Source: a virus. Taken from it: 55,381 bases of DNA. The stretch's first letter is position 1; each line of letters begins with the position of its first letter. Below are positions 47,041-53,866 of the stretch, piece after piece. Position numbers and translations under genes: made by a program. The DNA is taken from positions 1 to 55,381 of the IMG/VR virus record IMGVR_UViG_3300000302_000006. One strand, written 5' to 3'. The notes beneath the pieces are model-generated. The model had not been told where the DNA came from, ran no database searches, and saw only the letters and a program-made list of their open reading frames with translations.

Positions 47041-47460
47041 ATGGCAGAATTTACATCAATTTTTATTCAGCAGGTAGAATCCCGTCAGAACGCGCTTCTT
47101 ACCGAGGACACTGTGAGAAGCCGGTGCGTAAATCACCGAAGCGGTTCAGGACTTGTTTGTGTGGCAAATAGCGGAACAGACTGTAACCCGGCAAGATATA
47201 GAGTATACGCAAAAGCAAATATCGCAATCCCGACAGGCGGAACGGTCGGCCCGATTTCTCTTGCACTTGCCCTGAATGGAGAAGTTCTCCAGAGCTCCCT
47301 TGCAACAGTAACTCCGGCCGCAGTAGAAGATTTCTTTAATGTTTCTTTTGAGGAAATTATCTGTGCCGGAAAATGCCCTGTAAACCTTGCAGTCGTGAAC
47401 CCTAACGCTCAGACGATTGAAGTCGAAAACTTAACGCTCATTGTCGAGCGCGAGTGCTAG
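47041..47460 (+). CDS. cassette protein 6: 139-aa beta-rich, six-Cys protein (C1q/TNF-like jelly-roll suspected)
   Basis: GGAGGA SD. Pattern YRVYAKANIAIP..GPISLALALNGEVL...NLTLIVERE. Confidence 0.65.
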   Translation: MAEFTSIFIQQVESRQNALLTEDTVRSRCVNHRSGSGLVCVANSGTDCNPARYRVYAKANIAIPTGGTVGPISLALALNGEVLQSSLATVTPAAVEDFFNVSFEEIICAGKCPVNLAVVNPNAQTIEVENLTLIVEREC

Positions 47461-47473
47461 GAGGTGAACGGTT

Positions 47474-48193
47474 ATGCATATTAAACATATCAGATGTATC
47501 GAAGAGAAACTGGCAGAAGCGATCAAGTGCGAGTTTGAAAAAGGTATTGACAAAGTTAATACATCGGAAATGGGTAAGGCAACAGATATGCTGAAAGATG
47601 CAGCAGAGGCAGAGTATTACGCACGGATCGCTAAAGCTATGGAAGAGGCAGAAAAAGAAGACGAAGAATCTCAGAAGTATATGCTGAAACAGCTCAAAGA
47701 AGAGTACGGCGAAGATGACGGCAGACGGTATTATGACAACTACCGTTACATGAGGACGGGCAGATTCGCACCAAAAGGACGCGGAACCTATATGCCGCGC
47801 CGTGGTTACGAAACACCGATTGAATACCACATGACACCGGAAATGTACCGTGAGCATGACCCTGAGTATTACCGGGACATGGACCGGGATATGGGGCGTA
47901 TGTACTATACGGAAACCGGAATGCGCGGAAATATGGGAAATTCCAGTCGGACCGGAAACGGCGGTATGCGTGACGGCAGAGAGGGCAGAAGCGGCGCAAG
48001 TAGACGTTCTTATATCGAAACAAAAGAAATGCATCCTGATAACAGTCAGGAAAGCAAGCAGATGAAAATGAAAGAGCTTGAAAAGTATATGGGAGAGTTG
48101 TCTGGAGACATTACTGAAATGATCGCCGGAGCAAGCAATGAGGAAAAAACCATGCTGAAAGCAAAGCTTCAGACTTTAATGCAGAAAATCTAA
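47474..48193 (+). CDS. cassette protein 7: helical ends with Tyr/Arg/Met/Asp/Gly-rich core
   Basis: RRYYDNYRYMRTGR...EYYRDMDRDMGRMYY. AGGAGG SD. Confidence 0.65.
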   Translation: MHIKHIRCIEEKLAEAIKCEFEKGIDKVNTSEMGKATDMLKDAAEAEYYARIAKAMEEAEKEDEESQKYMLKQLKEEYGEDDGRRYYDNYRYMRTGRFAPKGRGTYMPRRGYETPIEYHMTPEMYREHDPEYYRDMDRDMGRMYYTETGMRGNMGNSSRTGNGGMRDGREGRSGASRRSYIETKEMHPDNSQESKQMKMKELEKYMGELSGDITEMIAGASNEEKTMLKAKLQTLMQKI

Positions 48194-48228
48194 AAACCGT
48201 TACAATTTGTAACAGTTTCACATGATTT

Positions 48229-48251
48229 AGGGGCTGTTTCAGCCCCTTTTT
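48229..48251 (+). terminator. rho-independent terminator
   Basis: AGGGGCTG-TTT-CAGCCCCT followed by T5. Confidence 0.8.
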
Positions 48252-48266
48252 ATTTGAGGTGGAAGA

Positions 48267-48593
48267 ATGTTTCAAGTAAACGGATTAAATTGGCGTATAA
48301 GCCTTGTAGAGCCTCACAGCCATATGCTGAGACGGTCGGACAGGAGTTATACAGTCGGAATGTGTGATAGAACAGAACAAACAATTTATGTTTCTTCTGC
48401 ATTACAAGGAGAATTTTTAAGAAAGGTTCTTATACACGAAGTTTGTCATTCGGCAATGATGAGTTATGGAATCATAATGAGTATAGAACAAGAAGAGCTA
48501 TTCTGTGATTTAATTGCAACATACGGTGATGAAATATTTGAAATCGCAGACAGAGTATTTGCGGCATTAAATCAAAATAGGATAGTGGCATAA
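48267..48593 (+). CDS. HExxH metallopeptidase-like protein (ImmA/IrrE, M78-like)
   Basis: VLIHEVCHSAMMSYG. Confidence 0.6.
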   Translation: MFQVNGLNWRISLVEPHSHMLRRSDRSYTVGMCDRTEQTIYVSSALQGEFLRKVLIHEVCHSAMMSYGIIMSIEQEELFCDLIATYGDEIFEIADRVFAALNQNRIVA

Positions 48594-48594
48594 G

Positions 48595-48623
48595 TAGGGC
48601 GGAGAAAAATCTGCCCTATTTTT
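48595..48623 (+). terminator. rho-independent terminator
   Basis: TAGGGCGG ... CTGCCCTA followed by T5. Confidence 0.7.
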
Positions 48624-48693
48624 ATTTGGAGTATTGACTTATTGTGCGCACTATAATATAATTGATGTGCGAACGGGAAGTGAGGTGATGAAT

Positions 48694-48867
48694 ATGTCGC
48701 CAAGGACTGGAAGACCAAAGTCTGACAATCCAATGAACGAAAGAATGTTTATTCGTGTCACAAAAGAAGAAAAAGAAGAAATTATGCAATTTTCCAAGGA
48801 CAGTGGATATACACTTCTTGAGTTAATTAAAATTGGGATTGAAAAGGTAAAAAGTCTAAAAAAATAG
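48694..48867 (+). CDS. ribbon-helix-helix protein (CopG/MobC-like)
   Basis: RTGRPKSDNPMNERMFIRVTKEEKEEIMQFSKDSGYTLLELIKIGI. Confidence 0.6.
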   Translation: MSPRTGRPKSDNPMNERMFIRVTKEEKEEIMQFSKDSGYTLLELIKIGIEKVKSLKK

Positions 48868-48990
48868 AGTGTTGCTACCCTAGACAAGTACGACAACACT
48901 CTAAATGACACGCCAAAGGCGGTACACAAATATTATAGCACTGTGTACCTCCTTTTGGCAAACGATTTGTTTAAATTTAGGAGGTTCAAT

Positions 48991-49158
48991 ATGAACAAAG
49001 AAGAATTATTAAATGGAAGAACGGATATTACCGCATATCAGATGGCGATTATTCGCATGGTTTTGAGTATACGCAACGGACTTTCCATATATCGTATATT
49101 TCATTATGTATTTGTGAAATACAGGAAGGGAACGAAAGGCGGTGATGTAAATGAATAA
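48991..49158 (+). CDS. hypothetical (55 aa)
   Basis: TAGGAGG SD. Confidence 0.45.
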   Translation: MNKEELLNGRTDITAYQMAIIRMVLSIRNGLSIYRIFHYVFVKYRKGTKGGDVNE

Positions 49159-49297
49159 GCATACAGATGAACATAAGGATTATCGTGAAGAAATCCTTGA
49201 TATGGTAAACCAGATTGACCGCACAGATGTTTTGCAATATATCAGCATTATTGTAGAAGACATCTTCAAAGAGATTGGAGGTGTTGTTTGTGAATGA
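49151..49297 (+). CDS. small protein (48 aa), paralog of 27151..27303
   Basis: My own translation. Shared motif YREEILDMVNQIDRTDVLQYISIIVEDI. Confidence 0.5.
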   Translation: MNKHTDEHKDYREEILDMVNQIDRTDVLQYISIIVEDIFKEIGGVVCE

Positions 49298-49331
49298 CGT
49301 TGTAACATATCCGGATTTTTCCGGTAAAAGG

Positions 49332-49356
49332 CAGCCGGGGAAGTGCGCCCCGGCTG
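49332..49356. terminator. GC-rich bidirectional hairpin between convergent genes
   Basis: CAGCCGGGG ... CCCCGGCTG. Confidence 0.6.
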
Positions 49357-49376
49357 TCATCCTCTGCGGCGGTTAA

Positions 49377-49712
49377 TTATGCTATTTTTGTATCTGTCCA
49401 GAGATTTAAAAGAGTTCTAAAGCGGTTCAGTTCGTCAACCGTGAAACCGTCGTTGATATGGAAAATTGCGTGATCTCCGAACTTTTCGTTGATGTCCTGA
49501 ACGTGATTATAAAACTCTTCAAATCTTTCTAATTCGTCAACATTCAGGATATAACGTTTTACTTCCGGGTTTCTGATTATGTAGTTGTCCTCTGCCTGTA
49601 CCGGGCTACTGAATAATGCTTCAACGTTTACTTTGCTTTTTCTGTCGTCCTGTGTACTCCTGTCAATCATGGTTACAACTGCCCATTTTAAAAATTTTGT
49701 ATAATCTTTCAT
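49377..49712 (-). CDS. hypothetical protein (111 aa)
   Basis: AGGAGGG SD 7 nt upstream. No motif recognised. Confidence 0.55.
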   Translation of the reverse strand: MKDYTKFLKWAVVTMIDRSTQDDRKSKVNVEALFSSPVQAEDNYIIRNPEVKRYILNVDELERFEEFYNHVQDINEKFGDHAIFHINDGFTVDELNRFRTLLNLWTDTKIA

Positions 49713-49743
49713 TTCGTTTCCCTCCTGTTCTTTTGTTGATATT

Positions 49744-49772
49744 ATCATAGCATAGTTTAATAATATTGTCAA
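49744..49772 (-). promoter_or_regulatory. consensus promoter (TTGACA-17-TATGAT) with GCATAGTTTAATAA box in the spacer
   Basis: -35 at 49767-72 and -10 at 49744-49 on the minus strand. Box at 49750-63. Confidence 0.7.
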
Positions 49773-49846
49773 TAGCATAGTTTAATAATTTAAAAATATT
49801 TTCATTTCATTATTGTATAGGAATAAAAGCAAAACACGGAAAGCTG

Positions 49847-49875
49847 TTGACGCATAGTTTAATAAATGCTATACT
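49847..49875 (+). promoter_or_regulatory. consensus promoter (TTGACG-17-TATACT) with GCATAGTTTAATAA box in the spacer
   Basis: Box at 49852-65. Confidence 0.7.
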
Positions 49876-49903
49876 TATATAAAATAACAAGGGAGGTTTG
49901 AAA

Positions 49904-50098
49904 ATGGCTTTTAAAGATAAAGGGAAGGAACTGTCATATATTGCACAATATCAGAAAGATAATTATGATCGCATTACAGTAATGGCTCCGAAGGGAACAA
50001 AAGACGAGATTAAGAAAGCGGCAGAGCTTAAGGGGATGAAAATTTCCGGGTTTGTTCTGGATGCAGTGCAGAAAGAATTGGAAAGAATGAAAGAATAG
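49904..50098 (+). CDS. ribbon-helix-helix (Arc/CopG-like) protein
   Basis: ITVMAPKGTKDEIKKAAELKGMKISGFVLDAVQKELERM. GGGAGG SD. Confidence 0.65.
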   Translation: MAFKDKGKELSYIAQYQKDNYDRITVMAPKGTKDEIKKAAELKGMKISGFVLDAVQKELERMKE

Positions 50099-50112
50099 TT
50101 TAATAAAAACTA

Positions 50113-50141
50113 TTGACGCATAGTTTAATAAGTGCTACAAT
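50113..50141 (+). promoter_or_regulatory. consensus promoter (TTGACG-17-TACAAT) with GCATAGTTTAATAA box in the spacer
   Basis: Box at 50118-31. A partial fifth box lies at 50095-50106. Confidence 0.7.
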
Positions 50142-50166
50142 ATAATCACAGAAAGGTGGTTATATT

Positions 50167-50748
50167 ATGCGTAAGACCGCGAAACAAATTTTTTCAATTC
50201 CTAAAATTCAGAAAGTAGGAATTTATGCGATAAGGAATAAGAAAACTAACAAATATTATATTGGTTCTAGCGTTAATGTTTATAGCAGAATGCTTACACA
50301 TGCCAGAAATATAATTCGTTTCGGTGGAATTAATGAGACTATGGCTAAAGATATAAACGGGAAAAGAGATTTTAAAAATATTGAGTTTATTGTATTAAAA
50401 ACCTTCGAAGATGGAACTATAACAGACAAACAATTAAGGGAAGAAGAGTCAGAAATGTTTAAAAAATATGATTCCATGAATAACGGTTATAATATACAAT
50501 ACACTCATGGAAATGGTAAATTTAACCCAGACGAAAAACTATTCTGCAAGCCTATAACGAATAAATCTAAGGAACAAAATTTTGATGAATTTGTCTTAAG
50601 ACTCCCAGAAGGATCAAAGGAAATTATGGATCAACTTCATGTTGTAAATTATAATGCTTTTATTTACGACATTGTGATTAAAGAATTAAACAGAATTCAG
50701 ACACTAAGAGTAATAGCAGAACAGGCAGAGAACAACCCCGGCGAATAA
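50167..50748 (+). CDS. GIY-YIG nuclease fused to a C-terminal RHH-like domain
   Basis: VGIYAIRNKKTNKYYIGSSVNVYSRMLTH. The C-terminal FVLRLPEGSKEIMDQL...IVIKELNRI aligns by eye to the upstream RHH protein. Confidence 0.7.
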   Translation: MRKTAKQIFSIPKIQKVGIYAIRNKKTNKYYIGSSVNVYSRMLTHARNIIRFGGINETMAKDINGKRDFKNIEFIVLKTFEDGTITDKQLREEESEMFKKYDSMNNGYNIQYTHGNGKFNPDEKLFCKPITNKSKEQNFDEFVLRLPEGSKEIMDQLHVVNYNAFIYDIVIKELNRIQTLRVIAEQAENNPGE

Positions 50749-50762
50749 CCGGGGATTTTTTA
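50736..50762 (+). terminator. rho-independent terminator
   Basis: CCCCGG-7nt-CCGGGG followed by a T-tract. The stop codon lies in the loop. Confidence 0.75.
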
Positions 50763-50770
50763 TTGACAAT

Positions 50771-51015
50771 TAACAGGCAAATAACAGGCACATTAACAAA
50801 GTAACAATGTCCGATAAACCGCGTAAATACGCCACTTTCCAGGTATTTACGAATTAATCTAACACACCGCTAACAAGCAACCTAACAAGGTAACTAACAT
50901 AGTAATCAACAGGGTAAAAATTGACAGAAAAGCCCGTAAATACGCGGTTTTTGATGGTTGCAATCAGTACAGCTAACAGGGTAATTAACACAGTTTCTAA
51001 CACTCAACTAACAGG
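50771..51015 (+). repeat. array of at least 12 same-orientation TAACA(G/A/C) boxes in three clusters with 11-12 bp phasing
   Basis: Box starts at 50771, 50782, 50794, 50802, 50860, 50871, 50883, 50895 (plus CAACA at 50907), 50974, 50986, 50998 and 51009. Confidence 0.85.
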
Positions 51016-51106
51016 CTCTATTAATATATATTATATATAATATAGTCTATTAAAAGAAGAAGAAGGAAAGAATATATAATCTATTCGTTACACTCATAGA
51101 TTATAT

Positions 51107-51140
51107 TACGCGCGTGCGCGCGTGTATGTCTGTGCGTGTA
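51107..51140. repeat. alternating purine-pyrimidine (CG/TG) tract, Z-DNA-prone, next to a very AT-rich block (51020-51105)
   Basis: tacgcgcgtgcgcgcgtgtatgt (23 nt of perfect alternation) plus tgtgcgtgta. Confidence 0.8.
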
Positions 51141-51162
51141 ATTTTTATTTACAATTTTTTTA

Positions 51163-51191
51163 TTGACAGATAATCAAATCAGGTGTATTGT
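51163..51191 (+). promoter_or_regulatory. candidate late promoter
   Basis: TTGACA, 17 nt, TATTGT, with TG immediately upstream. The -10 is weak. Confidence 0.4.
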
Positions 51192-51254
51192 ATAGCCAGA
51201 TAAGTTAATACGATTAAATCCGCCCAGATCCCGGCGGTGTGAAAAGAGACTCGG

Positions 51255-51288
51255 GAGGTCTACACAATTATGTGTGGGCCTCTTTTTT
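51255..51288 (+). terminator. strong rho-independent terminator in the terS leader
   Basis: 12-bp stem GAGGTCTACACA/TGTGTGGGCCTC, loop ATTA, T6. Confidence 0.8.
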
Positions 51289-51312
51289 ATTACAGACAAG
51301 GAGGTGCAGACC

Positions 51313-51951
51313 GTGGCAGAGGTTGAAAAGATAGAAGCGGATCAGGTCGAAGTATTTGATAACAAGATCGATGAAGCTCTGGCTATGTTCTGCGAATACC
51401 AGGGAATAAAGGATATTAGGAGAGAGAGTCAAAGTGTTTGGAATGCTGCATTGATGTATATTAGACGTTATGTATTTCCTACACCTGATGTACTTAAAAG
51501 AGATAAGCCTTTAGATGGATATAGTAATAATAATTATAATAATCAATACAGTAATCTTAATAATACTAACTGTAACAGTTATGATACAGATTTGGTAAAT
51601 AGTGTATGTGATTATTATATATACATTTGCAATTTATACGATAAAGGAGTAACTATAACAGGGTTTTGTAAATTAACAGGGATAAGTGAAACAGTAATAT
51701 ATGAGTGGGGACATGATGACAGAAAACTAAGTCAATCCAGTTCGGAGATTTACAAAAAATTATCAAGAGAATATGAGAATAGTGCCGAATCTAAGCTGTG
51801 GGGTAATAAAAATCCGGTTGCAGTCATGGCGATTCTAAACAAGCGATTTGGCTGGAATCTCCCCGGAGTCAGCAAGGAGCAAGCGATAAAAGCCCCGATC
51901 ACATCAGACAAACTGCCGGATTTAACGCAGCAGATTGAGAAGAAAGATTGA
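51313..51951 (+). CDS. terS: terminase small subunit (gp3-packaging-type)
   Basis: GTG start 8 nt after AAGGAGG. ITGFCKLTGISETVIYEW...NPVAVMAILNKRFGW matches the HTH plus '..IF.LKN.FGW' TerS pattern. Asn/Tyr-rich linker. Confidence 0.65.
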   Translation: MAEVEKIEADQVEVFDNKIDEALAMFCEYQGIKDIRRESQSVWNAALMYIRRYVFPTPDVLKRDKPLDGYSNNNYNNQYSNLNNTNCNSYDTDLVNSVCDYYIYICNLYDKGVTITGFCKLTGISETVIYEWGHDDRKLSQSSSEIYKKLSREYENSAESKLWGNKNPVAVMAILNKRFGWNLPGVSKEQAIKAPITSDKLPDLTQQIEKKD

Positions 51952-52184
51952 TGTATTTTAATTCATATAGCCCATAATACAAGATATAGTATTATAGACA
52001 ATGGAAACACGACATATTGATTTAATCTATACAGAAAATAAGTGCTTGTCGTATAGATTGAATATTTAATATATTGTCAGATAATTAATGGCATTGACGG
52101 GGTAGGGGTCTGAGAGAATCGCCACACGAGCCTAACTTAGTCCCCCGAATATTCTCAAAAATAAAAAGGGAGGTTCCGTAGGAG

Positions 52185-52370
52185 ATGAACCTATTACGAG
52201 TTAAATCTACGTTCGGGATATTGATTCGCAAAACAAGAAGAATGTATCTCTTTCAGTTCTCTTTAAAAGAACCGTGGCTAACACCTAAGTGCGACAGACA
52301 TTACGGGCACAACAAAGACATTGTTTTGTATGGGTGGTTGTTTTGCTACTTCGGTTACACGGATTTATAA
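52185..52370 (+). CDS. hypothetical (61 aa)
   Basis: ORF with GGGAGG upstream. Uncertain. Confidence 0.35.
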   Translation: MNLLRVKSTFGILIRKTRRMYLFQFSLKEPWLTPKCDRHYGHNKDIVLYGWLFCYFGYTDL

Positions 52371-52396
52371 AAAGCCCATTTTGCATGGAGGATGAC

Positions 52397-52585
52397 ATGA
52401 TTGATAGCGGAGTATCCACAGAGAAATTAGGAAAAGCCATTTCGGAGCATATGAGACATATGTCTCCAATATTGAAGCAGGATATAGAGCTTGTGAAAAT
52501 GAACCCAAATCTATCATTTATCCAAAAGCTAATTATCACCAGAAAAATGAAACGTATAAGGCGAAAAATGAATAGGAATTGTTGA
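52397..52585 (+). CDS. hypothetical basic protein (62 aa)
   Basis: GGAGGA SD. Confidence 0.45.
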   Translation: MIDSGVSTEKLGKAISEHMRHMSPILKQDIELVKMNPNLSFIQKLIITRKMKRIRRKMNRNC

Positions 52586-52651
52586 TTATAGGGCATAGCG
52601 GTTTCTAAAAATTCCGAAAAAATAAAAAGGCTCTTCACGGGAGGTATCGCA

Positions 52652-53329
52652 ATGAATTTATTCTTTGATACAGAATTTACAGGACTTCACCAAAATACAA
52701 CTCTAATCAGTATCGGGATTGTGTCTGAGGATAACAAAAAGTTTTATGCGGAATTTGCTGATTTTGACATAGATCAATGTAATAACTGGATTAAGGAAAA
52801 TGTTCTGCGCAACTTATATCTTCCAAAACTTTCAGGAAAAGATACACTTAGAGAAACATGGGATGAAATAGACCGATGGAAAAAGAATGGATATTTAGTT
52901 GTGGATGGATGTACAGTGGCAAACAAGTGGTTTGGAAATGTTTATCCGACATGTAAGACAAATGGTAATGTAAAAGAAGTTGTTGGAGATAAGTCATGGG
53001 TAAATGCTTGTTTGCAAGATTGGCTCTCAGAATTTGACACCATTCAGTTTGTATCAGATGTTTGCCATTACGATTTCATTCTTCTGATTAACTTGATTAC
53101 ATACGGCGGAACGGCAATTGATTTACCTGAAACAATTTCGGCAGTGTGCCATGATATTAATCAGGATATTGCGAATCACTTCCGTGTATGTGATGCAAAA
53201 GCATTTGATATGAGTCGCGAACAGATTATGAATGATTTGTGCGGTTCTGAAAATGTTGTAACTGGTAATAAGCACAATAGTTTGTATGATGCGGAGGTTA
53301 TCAAAGCGATATGGGAGCAGATTCATTAA
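52652..53329 (+). CDS. DEDDh 3'-5' exonuclease (DnaQ/KapD-like)
   Basis: Exo I FFDTEFTG and Exo III HNSLYDAEV motifs. Confidence 0.75.
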   Translation: MNLFFDTEFTGLHQNTTLISIGIVSEDNKKFYAEFADFDIDQCNNWIKENVLRNLYLPKLSGKDTLRETWDEIDRWKKNGYLVVDGCTVANKWFGNVYPTCKTNGNVKEVVGDKSWVNACLQDWLSEFDTIQFVSDVCHYDFILLINLITYGGTAIDLPETISAVCHDINQDIANHFRVCDAKAFDMSREQIMNDLCGSENVVTGNKHNSLYDAEVIKAIWEQIH

Positions 53330-53347
53330 AAAGTAGGAGAAATCGTT

Positions 53348-53614
53348 ATGACCGCAGATGAATACAAGGAAATGACCGAAAAAACAAAGAAATTTGAAGA
53401 GTTGAGCGATTCGTTACAGGCTTTAAAAAACAGAAAGTCATTCTGTGAAAATGGCATAGACAAGATAATCACTTCACCCGGAACATCTGGAAATGAAATA
53501 TGTTTAGATTATTCATGTTACGGTGATGGCTTTCAGGAACTTGTCACACAGAAAGTCATTGAAGCATTTGATGAGCAGATCAGCCGGATTGAGAAGCAGA
53601 TGGAGGAATTATGA
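53348..53614 (+). CDS. hypothetical
   Basis: ORF. Confidence 0.5.
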   Translation: MTADEYKEMTEKTKKFEELSDSLQALKNRKSFCENGIDKIITSPGTSGNEICLDYSCYGDGFQELVTQKVIEAFDEQISRIEKQMEEL

Positions 53615-53632
53615 ATAGTGGGAGGAAAAGGA

Positions 53633-53866
53633 ATGAAGAAAAAAACATGGTATAAAATCAAAATTGTTTTGCTGTTAATTTTGTGGTGTTTCTGCACTGA
53701 TTTTATGAAAACATCAGTCAATTTTTTTGTTTCAGAACCTAGCTTAACAAGATTTGCATGTGCAGTACCGCTTGTATACGCAAGTTTCAAATGCATATTA
53801 GAGATTGTAAGAAACGCATCGCTTATAAAGATTCTTGATTATTCGGAGGAAAAGAAAGATGCTTAG
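53633..53866 (+). CDS. small membrane protein
   Basis: N-terminal TM segment IKIVLLLILWCFC. GGGAGG SD. Confidence 0.5.
   Translation: MKKKTWYKIKIVLLLILWCFCTDFMKTSVNFFVSEPSLTRFACAVPLVYASFKCILEIVRNASLIKILDYSEEKKDA

Noticed and set aside
52024-52184. Possible structured RNA or riboswitch in the 230-bp gap after terS: hairpin 52024-32/52051-59, the GGGG...CCCC segment at 52097-52150, and the AAAAATAAAAAGG leaders at about 52158 and 52620
   Set aside because: The pairings are short and I recognise no conserved RNA family motif. The shared A-rich leader is probably just upstream SD context. It cannot be supported without covariation data.
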